A DNA stretch of 64,000 bases, from the NCBI GenBank assembly GCA_964035545.1, contig OZ037765.1:31557504-31621503 (forward strand), read 5' to 3'. Under the pieces are notes generated by a model, which was not told where the DNA came from, did not search any database, and worked only from the letters and a program-made list of their open reading frames with translations. Of this stretch, positions 18,640 through 34,143 are shown in pieces; the stretch's first letter is position 1, and each line of letters begins with the position of its first letter. The position numbers and the translations under genes were made by a program. The stretch comes from Bugula neritina. Lineage: Eukaryota; Animalia; Bryozoa.

Positions 18640-20030
18640 GAGACTGTAATATCCGTGAACTACTAGTCGAATAGTTTACTGTTTGCTGTCACTCACTCTT
18701 CAGTATTGCTGACCCTCAGCTCGCTAACGACTGACTGCTGCTATGACTCCATGTGCTTAGTCGAATTACATCAACATTCAATGTTGTGTAATATCGAATT
18801 ATCTGCATGTATAAACAAATTGATGATGAATGCTCAAAGCATTACACCAATAAAACAGCAGCACCTTGTATGTAATAAACAGAGGGCTCATTCATTCGCA
18901 TTACGTGCTGCCAAGTTCCTCCTCCCGAATTAATAAAAGGAAATACTGTTTTGTACTAATACCTTCAGCTGACTTATAGCACATAATATAATGAGTGAGA
19001 TATTGAGATAGTAGCACGTGATATGTGTATTGGATAGCATTTACTAGGACTATTGGGGTAATCACGAACATAACCATGAAATGATAATGCACCCTGTAAA
19101 ATACAATTAATTATAAATGATTATCAAATATCAGAGTAATGAGGTAATATAATACTTATGTAAAGGACATGACCCAGTAGTCTTGTTTGCAGGTCAAACA
19201 GTGAATAGTAAATCATAACTTAGTCACTGCAAGGCATAACACAGCTTGTCATGTAGACACATAATTCACAGAGAACTGCTCCTGTGTCTAAAATAAGCAA
19301 CTTGCTTATGCAGACAGTTTCTGCCATGTAGGAGCAGTAGTGGAGAAATTGAGATAGCCTAAGTTCTTTAACTTTAATTTTTGGTGTGGGACACGGATTG
19401 AAATTTTTTCGTCAACATAACTTCTTTTGCTACATTTTTAATCTAAAACACAGCCTTTTCTCAATTTTTCCGTTACTGCATCTACCTCATTTTTGCTACC
19501 TCCCAGCACAACATCTTAGAACTATTGAACTCACTTTTCTTTAAGTGTCATAGATGTAAATAATTCTATAATATATAGTATATGTAATTATTATTGTATT
19601 GCATATTAAATTTAAATTCAAAACAATATACCTGATGAGTACACAGGAAGCACACTGCTTCTAACTATAATATAGCATTTTAGAGCTTAAGTGAAACAAA
19701 TTCACATTGCCATATTCTTATTTGAACATGTAATTACTCTTATTATAGAAATCTACACTATATTAAGCAAAGAATAAATGAAGAATATATTCCAAATATC
19801 TATTCTACTTAGGTTTAATATGACATCTATTCAGGTATAGTCTAAACTCTAAACAATATCTTCTTCTCTCAAGTATGAGCCAACTTTTTCTAAGCTGTGA
19901 CTAGTTGTGTTTTACATTCTAATATTTCAGTATTATTTGTATTTTGATAATTTGATATATTGACATATGATTTTATGTCATGTAGCATGGTTTTGTATTA
20001 GGCAGCTACATACATCTAATATACATTATA

Positions 20031-20039
<9 letters not shown>

Positions 20040-20102
<63 letters not shown>
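20040..20102. repeat. (AT)n microsatellite
   Basis: Directly visible. Confidence 0.97.
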
Positions 20103-20103
<1 letters not shown>

Positions 20104-21046
20104 TGTACATATAGAATTGTTTCATACAACTCTCCCTGTCTTGCAATATGTGTTGAAGTATTTTCTAGTAGTCAAACTATGCAGCATATCTACACATAAT
20201 ATTAAAATCGATTTTCTCACAAAAACATGAATAAACTTTGCCAAAGCTCTTCAAATTTCCATATTAATTTGAGCATGAGATGCCACTTGCAAGTTTTACG
20301 AGAACATAATTTTCTTTCCAGATTATTCTTTAGAGTTTCTCTGATAACAGCTTTTGACTCTAGTCAGCTTCTGTTTTATTAGAATACATGCTTGGGTCAG
20401 CAGAAATAATTGCCATTGTTTGTGGCATCAAGAAGTGTCATGTGATGACAGCAGCTAAAATGGTCATTGCAGACGTTTCTGTTGTTTGCATAAAAATTAA
20501 TGACAGAATGTCATGCTATGGTTTATTAATCTCAATGCAACAAAAAAAACCTTAAATTACATACATTAGTAGGACTGTGTTATATTGGATAACAATATAG
20601 TATTTATATCAACAATTCATAAAAATGATATAGGCACAGTTGAAAGATATTTTTGCCACAAAGAAGAGGAGGCAAATCTAAATATTGTAATATTTCAACA
20701 GCCAGATGTAGGCACACAATTTATGTACAAGGAATCAAACTTCAGCATAATAATTCTATTCAAAGCACCAGGGCTCGAGTATCTAAATAGCAGATAGAAA
20801 ATTTCGAAACAGTGAAAAATTTACGAGATAAGCACTTATAAACACTCTTCTGCAATGCCGTCAACGGCTACAAAATTCAACGAAAAAAAAATGCAATTAT
20901 CAAAACAATTGAGAAGATATTAAATGCTTGTGCATCATCAGCTAATATAAGGGGTAGTTTAGAAAACCGAGACAAGATAACTCCCAATTTATAGATAGAA
21001 TATTAATAATAAGGGAGAAGGTAACTCCCGCTTCATATATAGAATA

Positions 21047-24000
21047 TTAGTAATGAGTAGCTAGCGTGTCTGGCGTTATAACGGACTCAATCTCCCTTTG
21101 CTTAGCCATCAGTCCCTACAAGATAGAAATATCCACAATATTTCACCATATGTTTACCGTAACTTATTATTGTCAAATGCAATATAATATCTAATATATA
21201 TAATAATAAAATGGTTACTATCAAAATGTGTAATATATATACATAATATTACCTGCTTTTTATAACACATAATATAGTAGAATGGTATATATAACATTGT
21301 TCACTATAATACAATGTATATATATAACTATATAATATATAGCTATATATATAACATAATACCTACATAATAACAGATAGTCACTCATACGACATGAATA
21401 AAAAAATACAACTAAACTAAAAACAAATTTACGCCTAATGTCAAAATCCTAAAAGTGTAATAATTTGTTATTGAAATTATAAATTTTGCAACTTTGCAGT
21501 TGCTCATTTTAGCTTTTTTGTTTTTTTTTCACAAAAGTTTAAAACAATTTCAAGTAAATGCACCAAAAATTTCATTTCAAACCTAAATATAATAATATAA
21601 TATTAAAATATAGTAATATAACAACTTACTGACAAACTTAAACCAAAAGGCTGTGAGATTTCAAACTTACTACCAGTTGACACTTGCCATTGAAAGACAA
21701 GGCAACATATACTAGACTACAGTATGCTGCCAGCACTCACCTGTCTCATCTGCCTCAAGGAGTCTAAAACCTGCTGCTGCCGATCTGTTGGATGTTTAGT
21801 CAGCAGAGACGGGTTGTAAAGAGGATCCTGCAAACATATAACACTCATGCATATGTAGTTCAGTACTTTTGATCTTTAAACGAATATAGTTGTTTGATGT
21901 TGTATCCTGAAAGAGCACAAGTTGCTGACGGCTATTGATGCCATTATTATGAGTAATACAATATTCTACTTTAGCCTACAGCAACTCACAAACATATTGT
22001 AATGCTGGTTAAACGGTTGTGTGAATAATAAATTCAACTATTTTGTACTCACTATTATATTATATTCACTATCTGCTTTTATGTTATATTCGCTATTAAT
22101 TATTATATTATGTTCACTATTCACTAATATTATATCCACTATCTTGAGTTAGCAAAACATGTGACACTTCAAAGCCATACTATAAAATGTAGTTCTTCAA
22201 AAATCATAAAACTTGAGCTGCTGCTAATGCCAATGAATAGATAAGATAACTCCTAACCTTGCTATGCTCAGATCTGGGTGTGGGCTGATGTGAGTCTTTG
22301 ATGTTGTGCATGTGCACACCGTATTGCGCAGGTTTCATGCTTTTGTAGTAAGCTTCTCGGGCTAGAGCCACCTGCGTCCCTTCTCTGGACATCGGAGAAG
22401 GTTCCTGGGCATTAGATGGACTGAGAACAGCGTCTGACCTTCGGAAGGGCACGTACTCTTCCACGGGAGAAGTGGACAACATGTTGGTTAGGGACGGCTC
22501 ATATACTATATAGAGAAAAACAGTAAAATGGAGTAGGTTTGTCTTGATAGGTATTTTTATAAACTTAGACATATTAGGCAAAATCAAAAAGACATGTTTC
22601 ACCAAACATTATGGTACTTTCTAGTAAAGAGTCATCATAAAAAAATAAAAGAGAAGACAATTAATAGTAGAAAAAGATAAAAGAAAAACACCGGTTTTTC
22701 TAATGAGTAAAAATATTGAATCAAGACCTAAATGCAAATTAAAACAAATTGATAGTGCAGATGAATGACTAAAAACTTTAACAAAGCCAGTTAGTAAATT
22801 GCAGAAATTTCAAAAGAAAAACATAAATCAAGCAAACCAAACAAATTTCATTCATTTTGAATGAATGAAGTTTTTTGTATCACAGGCTTTCCCAAACTCA
22901 TCATATGCAGGAAGTTGATGTTGCCCTAGCAACATATGTAATCAAATCACTCACCAGAAGCATCGCGCTTAGTCCTGGTATTAATGTTCTCTTTCTTGTC
23001 TCCGGAATCAAAGACTTGGTTGGCTGCGGTCTGCACTGAACTGGATTTGTCTTTTCTGTCCATCACTGAGTTGTCTCTAAAATTAAAACTTGGATTTAGA
23101 TTTAATTTCTAGTTTAAAACTTGGATCTAAATTTACTTTTCGGTTTAAAAACATCACAATCAAAAGATAATTTGTAAACAAAATGGACATTTTTGGAGTA
23201 AAAAATCTTAGATTCACTTTCTACTCTTTAGCAGCACTTACTTGAGTTTAGGTTGCTTGCTAAGTGATTCGGCAGCAGGAACTACGTCTGAAAGTTTGTG
23301 CCGAGGAGAAAGATGGTTATTGACACTCTCTCTGTCTTTATTATTGGTCAGTTCCACGCTAGACCGAGTTGCCCGCCCATTTGGTATATGCTTGATGTTG
23401 GCATCAACCTAAAGAGATGAAGGAGTATATTAACTGTTCCAAAAAGGGCATAACTGTTGCATTGTTTCAAACAAGAATCAAAAGAGTAAAACTTTGATAC
23501 AATTTTAAAGGCCACAAGAAAATAATTTCAAAGTGAATATTTGATAAAAACCTAAAATGCATTTTGTTGAAAACACTCCAACACACAATCTACAGAATTT
23601 CGGCAAATTTTTCAGTTCCTATCCAACTTTAAAATTTTAATTTGCAACTTTCTAAAACTAATCAAACAACTGCAGCCTTTAAATAATTCCTCAATTATAT
23701 GTGCTCGACACGCTTTACGCTACCTGCTAATTAGAAATACTTTTTTGCAAAATCATGACCTTTCCAGCAAAGACAAAAGTGCAGATAATTTAACAGAAGT
23801 CAATTGCAATTAATGTGTATAAATGATTAAAATATAGAATAGTGTGCAATATATTGGAAAAACATATCATACAAATCAAATAATAGCTCAACCCAAATAT
23901 TTTCTCACCGCTTTAGCACTTCTTTTCTTAATATATGTTTTCTAAAGTAATACAAGTAATAAAGATGACCATTAAACACTAAAAAGTTTTGAACAAAGTT

Positions 24001-27000
24001 TCACTTTACAGAGCAAAGAGCTCCGACAACTATTCCATGTGAGGTTTACCTGACGAAGTAGCTGCTCTTTTCTAGCCTGAGTTCTCACAATCTTTTCTCC
24101 TTGCTTTTCTTCAAAATGTGGGTCACGCTTTGATTGTCCTGTAAATTTTTTTCCAGCCTGATTTTTCCAGCCCCAGGGTTTTGGTTCTGGTGGTTGTTTG
24201 GCTTTTCGAGCCTTTGGACCACTGATTACCCGCACATTCTTCTTGGTGGCACTGCTGAGATTTCTCTACAAACACACGAAGTTAAGTACCCTGGGCTAAG
24301 TACACCAAGTTAAGTACACTAAGTTAAGCATACTAAGCTAAGTACATGAAGCTAAGTACACTAAGTTAAGTTCAATAAGTTAAGTGCAAGTTGACACAAA
24401 GTATTATTTATTACCAGGACACAAAATAAACTTATTTAAATAATATTAATATTATAATAAATATTTATTCAATTAATAAAAATGCAAGTAATGAAGATCA
24501 AGTTTTTTTAATGTTTGACTGAACAAGATAAGGTGAATCTTTACCTCGCTAGCCTGTGGTTTAGCTTTCTGTTGACGAGTTGATTTTTGAGTGGGGGGAG
24601 GGGTGTCTGTTTGCACTCCAAACTCTTTCATTGGAGACTGTTCTTTCTGCACTCCTTGCCACTTGCGTGGGGTGACAACTCTGTTGGAAATATATCCACC
24701 AGTGTTGCTGTCAACTGCAACAAACAACATGGGAAAAACTTTAATAAATAAAGACGCAGTAGAATCCACTAAAACTTTTTGCTTTAGGTCATAGAAAGTA
24801 TTGCTCAAACAAACTAATTTCCCCTAAAGTTTATGCTATTAACTATAGTTACTGCTGAAACCTGAAGGTATAATAGTCTGAAACTAATAACAGCGGGTAA
24901 CTGGACACTACCAACACACGTTTAAAATTTAGTCATTGAGCCAAGTCTAAAGTCTAAACAATGTCTACTAACAAATAGGTTTAATATAATATCACAAGAA
25001 CCTATCTCAACAAATAGCCTTTCATATGTTCCCATTGTTCAATTTCTAATAGGAGTTGTGCTCACCATGCTAGTACATATTTCTAATCTGACCATAAACA
25101 GCCACAATCAAAAAATTTTAGAGCTTGAGGGCCAAAAAAATTTAAAATTGTTACTGCAGAAGATAAATGAAAACTGAAGAGTAATTTGCAGTATTTTTCT
25201 GAGTAGGTCTTCGATAAAAAGTTCAATAAGCGCTGAAAGAATTTTTAGCCTTACCAGCTCTAGCAGTGTTACGACCTTGACGAGTGGTGTTGTGACCTTG
25301 ACGAGTAGTGTTGTGACCTTGACGAGTAGTGTTGTGACCTTGACGTGTAGAATAGTGACCTTGATGAGTGTCCTGATCCCGAGGAGATAAATTTAAACCA
25401 GGAACAGAAGTTGGCTCTACAGCTCGGTTAGCCTGTGAATCAAACACTCTGGGAGATAAAGTATCGGGGGCATCGGGGTTCTTCCGTGGAGTGAGAATTT
25501 CAGATATGATAGGCCCAACCCGTGGGCTAAACTTTTCTAAAATTGTCCAAAATATACATTTAAAAAAAATAACCAAAATTGACAAATTATTCAAACTGAG
25601 AAACCAAAGCTGTATAAACAAAACACTCTCTGTTTGCAGAGAGCTGGGTTGAATAAAAATAACACCTACGCTCGTACGCTGCCTTTAAGTTGCTGATGTC
25701 ATGACCGGCAGCCTGCAACTTTTCAAGTCTTTTTCGTGCTTTTAAAATCTCGGCTTCTTGTGCGGCTCTCTTGATGCTATCAGCTAGCTCATCACCTAAG
25801 TTCATGTCTTTGGCCTATAAACACACACCTGCGTGTAGCGTTCTGATACAAAGTATAGTCTCAGAAACTTATAACGGTGTTTAAGCTGTCGCATGCAACT
25901 TAAATGTGCAGACAATAAGGATGCAGCTGGTCAAGTCGCATTTGGAAGGATTCAAAATGATATGAAGCACAAGTGTGAACACAACCCACCTTAGGCTCTT
26001 CCTACAATAATCGTAACACCACATTACACAATGAGTTTTGAAGGTTATACTCATTACCAAACTAAGAAAACAAGGACTCCAGATACTAAGATTGCGAGAG
26101 TAATAGTGGTGACATCACTATTGATGATGTCATAAAAAGGAAATGCCTCATTTATTTGCAAAGAAAAGAACAGTTTTAACTAGCAGATAAACAGTGCATT
26201 TACTTTATACCATTCTATTTACTAAATTCACTATGTTATGAAGGCACTACCAAAGGAAATCTGAATAGTTAACTGCAAATTTGACACCAGTTTCAAACTT
26301 CAAACAGAAACTGCAAACATCTACGTCCTAATATAACAACACAGAAACAACTACCTGCTTAAGTCTATTCATATGCCGAACATGCTCTGACTCTTGCTGC
26401 TGATTGGTTCGTTCAGCTCGAAACTTTGCTTCTTCTTCAGCTTCTTCTTTTAGCTTTCTGAGACGCTCTTCTTGTCTCAGCCGCTGCTTCTCTTCAACTT
26501 GCTGTCGGATTTCTTCCTAAAAAGTCAACACCAAGAAAATAAATTAACATCAGCTCCTAACAATTTATTCTAAAAATTTAGACAAACCTTTTTAGACAAA
26601 CAACTCCAAAAGCAACATAATAAAAATAGTGAATAGTGCAATAAGTTTTTTGTCCATGTTTGTGCACCATTTGAATAACGCATTCACAATTATTAATAAC
26701 CACCTGATAGCGGAGCTCTTTTCTCCGCAGTTCTTCTCGTTCCTTTAAAGTTGCAGGGTCAAGGTTAACTAACTGACCTCTAATGTGATTTCTACAATAA
26801 CAGCAAGTAGTGCATCAACGCAGTATTACGAACAGCTTTTCTTACAGACTATTGTACACAATTAGAAGAACAAATAAAACACATTTCAAATTGAAAGTAA
26901 ATTGCAAATTGAAAAATATCAAAACTAGCAAATTAGGTGACGATATGCTCTAAAAACACTCTCCTATTATTAGCACTCAGCCACTCACAAGACAAAAGTG

Positions 27001-30000
27001 CTGTATCTGGGCATTGTCTTTTGTAATAAAGACAATGTGATGAAAATTCACATAATATTCCAGCGAGATGTGCACAGCTTGAAGAAATTCAAATATTAGT
27101 AACAAACTGTAACCGTGGGCAACATGTCACAATGTCAGACTCAACGACTCAACTCAACAAATACACAAGTCAGTATATTGATTTGAAAGTTGGTTGAGAA
27201 AATGAATATATATATTATGAATGAAATGCAATTGTGAGGTTTCTTGTAGTTGTAGTTTAATAGAAGAAACTTTTTAATTTAGTCTATCTTGATTCAAACT
27301 ACTTAAGTAGAGTGTCAATAATAAATTGCAAGAATTGCATGAAATAATACCAGTAGTTGCATTATAGCCAGTGAATTATGTAATGCAAAGGTAAATACGT
27401 CACACCTGAATACATGTATGAATGTGTATTTATAGCTATAAAATGAAGTGAAGTTGAAGGAAAGCAGGTTTGAGATAGTGCTGATAGCATTTCCTAGATT
27501 TCTTCCAGTAAAAGCCAATTTCTATTGGGGTATACTAGAAAAATTACAAAACCACCAACACTGCTTGTGGTATTTGGTAAAAATATGCAACTACAAGCCC
27601 TTGTATGTAGTATTTAGTTTTAGAATGTAACCACAAGCCCCAGTATTTGGTACTGAAAACATGGATTGAATGTGCAAGTAATATGCAAATTTCTTACACA
27701 CCTCGTATTAGTTTCACTTTCTTCACTCTTAACTCCTGCAGAATCGGAGTTGTTAAAATTTAGTCCTGGTACATAGTCAGGTTGAACCACTGGAGCATCA
27801 GCCTTTTGGGTATGAGAAGTTGTGCCTTCCTGGTGTTTAGACTGGTGTTCTTCAACCGACTTCCTTAGCATGTGTTTCTAGACAAATGTATTAAAGTACT
27901 AAAGCTAACCAAATAAAACTTTTTAAAAATAAATAAATTTGTATTTGCTTTTAGTCAAACATATTTTACAATAAATGCAGTAACTAAAATAGTTTAATAA
28001 CAAAAATAAAGACAGATGCCTATACTGCTACAACAAATTATATAATATCAAGTATAATCACTAGTAAACATTGACTAAGAACTTTATCAGTTTGATGAAT
28101 TTCTTAGCTTGAGTACCAATGTTGAATAAGCCCACCTGTCTAGAATGATAACTGGTAAGAACTGTGCCAGAGTCTGTTCTAATAGGAGCACCGGCACCGG
28201 GTTTGCCAAAAGGGTCATACTCCTGGTCAAGGATGGCTACACAAAGAGAATACAGAGTGAGGATCACTGGAATAGTATAAGCGGAAACACATTGCAAACT
28301 GCAAAATTCTTGTTTGAAAACTTTTTTGAAGAAAATTCTCAAATTGTACAACAGCAGAAAATTACTTTTAACAAAAGTAGTGTGACACAATAAACGAGTA
28401 TCAGTAAACATGTTGGCTCACAGCTCACATAGGCACAAGAAAACAACTTTTACTAATAATAATTGGAAGCAGCCGTGGTCTAGGGGTTAGAATTCAGGCT
28501 TAGTAAACATAAGGTCATTTTAAAATAAACTTCCCATCAGGGATATTGACTATCAACTTGCATGAGTTCCTATTTACTAAAAATACTAAATTACTATGAC
28601 GCTTTGCCTATGAGCAATTTTGTCACATATCCTTTAGCACAAACTCTGCAGAAGTAAATGTATTTTAATAACAAAGTTGGAATTCTGTAATCCAAAGCTC
28701 ATAAGCTTATACTGTGTTTGACAATGTTTTACAGTTCATGTAAAGTTAAGGATTATACCTTTCTCTTCGGCCCACTTGAGCTTTAGCAGCTGAGCTTTAC
28801 TCAGTTTAGTAGGCATTGCAGTTGCGTCTACAGAGGACTTTAGGATCTCTCTTGGAGGATTCTCTAATCCAAGAAGACTAGTTGGGGCACCACTTGTTGG
28901 CTCCTGAAAGGGGCCTCTCAAATCACTCTGCATAATTTCAAAAATAAAACATTGCAACGTAACAGAAACATTTTTTTGATTACCCATGTGTTACCCACCA
29001 TGCTTCTGCAGTCTGTATAAATCAAATGCTTTTTAAATTAGGTGTGTACATAATAGGCTATATAATTTTATATAATAATAAAGTGATTTTTTACCTATAG
29101 CCTATATTAGTGTGTAGAAAACAATATTTTTTTCTATTATATTAAATAAAATTATGCAAACATATGCATACAGATTTTGTAAATATTCAATCCCGTGTTA
29201 AATTTTAGGTAACATAATTTTTTGTAAATAATATTTTCTACAAATTCCCTGTAATATTTTATATGCAACATGCCAGAAAACTCGTCACAGGACTCATTAA
29301 AATATAATAAATTCTTGTGTAGCTGCATGAAAGTTAAAGAAAAAACACTTTTAATAAAACTTGCAACTATACTGTAATTGTCAAACATAAGAAAGTATAT
29401 CGATAAACACAAACGCATTGACTAGCAAAGCTAACATTAATAACTCACGACATTAGAGTTGGGCTTAGTTCTTTTGTCAGACTGACTACGGGTTTGTGAA
29501 TTTGCATCATTTTGTGAATGACTAGAATTTTTAGGACCACTGGCTAAGTTTTGGTTGAGTTTCTCCTGAACTTGTTCTTCACTTGTCAGCTGTTGCTTTT
29601 GAAACTTCACACTGTCTGAGGGGGGTTTGGGACCCACCCCAACTCCGGGACGACCCCAAGGATCATAATCTTCAAGTGCATCAGCTACAAAAAAAGAGTT
29701 TTCACATATCTATATAAAATATTTGGCTCCCTTATACAATATATATTATAAAACAAAGTTACATCTAAAACTTATTGAAACTAAAATTTTTATAACCAAA
29801 ATTATGCTAAAACTGATTAAATTTAAAACTTTAATTATACCAATTAACAGATGGTAAAAAGTACTAGTAATAAACAGCATAAAATAGTTAATTGATCACA
29901 CTTTAATAAAATGTCAAAAACCTTTGCTCGAAATTTTCCCCAAACAGCATCAGTAAAATGTTCAATATTATATTTGAAACTTAATTACTACTAAACTGAA

Positions 30001-33000
30001 ATTGAGGTGAAATTTCTAAAACTAAGAATTTTAACTACAAATTTGATATTTCAGGATCAGTAGAGAGCGTAGTATATCTTATCCTTAGTATTCTATTCAT
30101 TCCATAGCCTACCTTGCTCTCTTTTCCACTGTAGACGCTTTTGTTCAGCTTTACTCAATCTAGGCAGACCTTCCTTAGTGTTAGTTGGCTGCTTAACTGT
30201 ATTCGGCTCAACTTGAGAAGACAACTCCCCTAGTCCTGGCACAAAGTCAGGTTCAACAAACACTACAGCCTTCCTTAACTTTTCTCTAGTCATGATTTCT
30301 TCACCTTTGCTAGTTTTATGTGTTTCTTGCACCTGATCTTTATTGTCTTTAGCCAGCTCTTTGGTATTACTCTGTGATATGCCTAACCTCTTTGCTCTTT
30401 CCTCATTTTCTTTTTTCAGCTTGTCAATTGCAGCGTTTTCCAACTCCCATTGGAGTCGTTTTCTCTCACCTATAGTCATGTGCGCCCGAGGAATCAGTAA
30501 TAGTTTCTGACGTGGAGACAACTCTGGAGAGGAAGCTTTTTCCGGATAATTAGTTTTTGCGCTTTCTACCAAGTCAGCGGCTGCAGAATTATTGGCAGCA
30601 GAAAAAGAATCCGTCTCATTGGCTGGTTTCTCATCAACCACAACTACCTTGGCCGGGCCACGAACAAACACAGGCTCTTCCGCTTCAGAGGTAGTTTGGT
30701 CGGCAATTTTAACCTGTTTTTTAGCTGTAGTTTTACCTTTTTGAGTATCTAAAGATTTCTCACCAAGATTAAAGTTCATCACCACTTGCTTAGACGGCCT
30801 GTAAAGCATAGGAAAGTAAAATATAGATTTTGAGAAAACTTTAATTTCCTATGTTACGAAATTATCAATACATATACTACACAATATCAGACACGTGTCA
30901 CTAACCCATTCAATTGCATATCGCTAAGCAACGGACCAAACTATGATTCACAGGCTTACTTTTTCTTAGGCAACTCTCTTTTATCAACACTTCCTGTCCT
31001 GGCTGCTTTACCAGCCGCATTTTCACTAGTCTTGACTCTTTTCGACAAGTTTAACACGCTTTCAAGTTGCTGGGTTGTTGAACTAATGGACTGATTACTT
31101 TCCCTGCTCACAGGAACACTGCTGTCTGTTTTGTCGACTGTGAGAGTCAGATGCTCTTTATCTTCTACAAACATACAATAAACTTAATTTACGATTTTCA
31201 AGATAACCTTTGCATTGAGGTTTTGTTGCCTACTAACTACGACTCAAACATCACATAACTGAAAGAATTCTCATGCAATGCAAATGAAATAACTAGTAGA
31301 TGCCTCCTATCACGATACCACAAAATATTCCCAAAGTGATATATTAAGCATACGATTTGAGTTTGAAAGTAAGACTGGATGCATGTGATTTAAGGGGTTT
31401 CTTTGTAAACTTGTGTTACAAAAAGAAATGCAAACTAATACAAAGTTGTCTGTATTAAGATACAAGTGTGCAGGAGTGCTAGTTTCTGTCAGAAAGTAGC
31501 GACTTGTGCACTAAAAAAATAGTAAAATTAGATACAGACATAGATAAATCTTTACATAAATAATTGTCATTTACATTCACAGAAATTAATGTCTGCTATT
31601 TTAATTTACCTAATGAAAACATAAAAGCCATATACTAAACACAGATACTATAGGAGTTATATACAAGCTGCATGTAGACTAAAATGATAGTTTTACATTC
31701 TATGTCAGCTTATAGTGTGTGTAGGCTCATCCTAGCATTTTTAAGTATTGTCATATGATATTGAATAGAAACAACAATAGGGTTTGAGTTGTATATAGTG
31801 ATGCAGCAGTCAACATTAAATAATTATTACAACTTACCAATATCAAGCTTTACATCCTTGGAAGACCCCTGAACTTTTGATAAAGTTTGAAGAATAGCAG
31901 AAAGTTGATCTTGGGTCAAAGTAACATTACTTGACTTTGAAGATGGTTCCTTATTTTTGAGTATTCCATTTTGTGCTGGTCTTTCAGCTCTAGGTGTTTT
32001 ACTAGTTGCGTTTTTCCGACTAGATTTCAAGTCTTGCTCCCGACGCCTACGCTCAGCGAGCATTTTATTGGCTCGAGCTCTGGCTTCCTCTTCTGCAGCC
32101 TGAACTAGCTGTGCTTCTTCAGTTTGCTTTAGCCTGTCTCTCAACGGTATCTTATTTGTTTTGTTTGTGTAACTAAATTTCTTTTTAGTTACAGGTTTGA
32201 GGCCTAAAATTCAACATAGTATAAGATATATAACAGACATCAAATTGCTGCACTAAAAACTAAATAAAATCTAACTGCTAGTGAGTCACAAAAATACAAG
32301 ATAATTATTTCAAATTTATTAAAGATTATATAAATAAATATAAAATATTTATTTTTAAAAATGTCATACACGTTTTGAGAAAGTTTAAAATACCTTGTTG
32401 CCAGGGCGCGTTGAGTTTTCCATAAGATGACATTGGATATCCAGAGGCTGTAGATCTGAAATTTTAAACAAAATAAAATTAGGCTGTAATTTGATGAGTA
32501 GGATAAAGTTTAATAACACAAAATAAAATTTATTGACTGCCATCTACGGCAAAATAACAATCAACAACTTTTTATAAAAGCATTCTCACTTTCAGCAAAG
32601 CAAACTACCAGCAAGTTTAGTTTTTTTAAACAAGCGCAATATAAAATTAAACAAATAAACTTGGGCAATTTTTGAGAAAAAACAAAAACCATCAAAAATA
32701 AATGTGCACAGTTTTTAACAATTTATAACTTATGACACATCAAAATTATTTATTGTGTCTAATGACCATCTTGATTGGTACAAACTATAGTAGTAGTATG
32801 ACTATGAGATCAAAAGTCCCTAATTCATAAAACTTAAGCACAACTCAACTAGGCTTTGTATAAAACCATTCCGTTTCAAACAGCCAGCTTTCCATTGACA
32901 CCAAATTGTTTATCAGCAGCAATAATAGTATCATTGCTGTTAATTCAAATTTTAGCCTTATCAAAATTACAGTCAATAATACTAATAAATACATTTTTAA

Positions 33001-34143
33001 ATGCAGCAATAATGCTACAATTAAATCAAAAGCAATCTAAAACTAAATAAAAATCTAGTTATTTAGCAGAACGGGAATCATATTTAAATAATCCAGTTTT
33101 TTTATTCTTAAATTTTCTTGTCATTGTGACAAAAAGGTCATCCTTTAAGTTTGGTATTTTGTATTGCACTCATGTTTATACTTACCCTAAGTATAAACCA
33201 AACTTGAACTTACAGTTGCATTTATAGTGACTGTCTAACCTTCAAGTATTTAGTTTTATTATTTACAAGTATAACCATAATTTGGAAAATATCTACAGTG
33301 AATAAATACTATAAATTTATAACTATTCTAGTTAACAAACAACTATAAAAATATTAATGACTATAAGATTAATTTAAAAATTACAAATAGCAATACTAAT
33401 AATAATACTAATACTTGAAACAGTAATACTTAATACTAATTAAAATTGTACCCGAGTACAATATGAGTATTGTTGCGTGTACACCATGACTATTAATATT
33501 AGTATTACTATTAGTATTAGTAAACTCTCCCAGTAAGCTATTTTTAATCTTATCTTATGCTTATCTATAATCATTGTACTTAGCTTTTTGTTACAATGAA
33601 GCAACTAAAACTTAGTATATCTACAAAGCCTTAAAATAATCTACATACATCAAGACTTAGACAAATAGCAATATAATTTTTTGAAAATGAATATTAATCT
33701 AATTCTAAGGCCCTTGGCCTTAGCTTATAAGTTATGGCTTATACTTATACTCATAGTGACAGTGATATGCTGTATACTTTTATATTAGAATGAGCTTCAA
33801 CTTTTTAGAGTAGCATATTTTGACTACAAACCTACCCAAGACTCATTCTGTAACAAAGTTCTAATAAAAGGTAGAGATTCAGATTGAATTTGAATGTCAA
33901 TGCAAAGTCGACAAGAAAATTTTCAAAGACGCCATGCCTGTAATGTCGCCATAGTGACAATCTATATCCGGTCACAAAAAATTGTTTATGCCCGCCAGTA
34001 ATGTCAGAAATACAAGACTTGTTTCCTCGATTAAGAGAATAACTCTATATTTGTTACCTTCGCGCGAGAAATCGCACGTTTCTAATAGTGCAATATGTGT
34101 AACCTTTAACCTTTTGCACTCCTATTGCGGGAAGTTTTTCCAT
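21047..34143 (-). CDS. CCDC66: Coiled-coil domain-containing protein 66-like (centriolar/ciliary), about 20 exons
   Basis: Motifs IRGQLVNLDPATLKERE..R / EEIRQQVEEK (26790-26354), YVPFRRS (about 22450), DPLYNP...DRQQQVLDSLRQMRQ (21827-21741) and last exon GLMAKQREIE (21115-21047) parallel vertebrate CCDC66; first exon 34143-34058 is tentative (phase-compatible with 32455-32394). Confidence 0.8.
22920..22933. promoter_or_regulatory. X-box-like palindrome GTTGCCCTAGCAAC, intronic
   Basis: One mismatch from GTTGCCATAGCAAC. Confidence 0.4.
24279..24388. repeat. Degenerate 15-bp tandem repeat (AAGTTAAGTACACT-like), intronic
   Basis: Directly visible. Confidence 0.7.
25265..25363 (-). repeat. 21-bp coding tandem repeat (HNTTRQG, about 4.5 copies) in a CCDC66 exon
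   Basis: CCTTGACGAGTAGTGTTGTGA units; ORF 25223-25621. Confidence 0.85.
28468..28516 (+). mobile_element. Possible tRNA-derived SINE head fragment
   Basis: AGCAGCCGTGGTCTAGGGGTTAGAATTCAGGCTT resembles a tRNA D-arm/A-box; no B-box or T-arm seen. Confidence 0.3.
33945..33958. promoter_or_regulatory. X-box (RFX) motif GTCGCCATAGTGAC near the CCDC66 / IFT46-like head-to-head junction
   Basis: Fits GTYGCCATRGYRAC; lies next to the 5' ends of two cilia-related genes. Confidence 0.55.

Noticed and set aside
28468-28516. Functional tRNA gene
   Set aside because: Only an A-box/D-arm-like half is present; no T-arm or acceptor-stem partner
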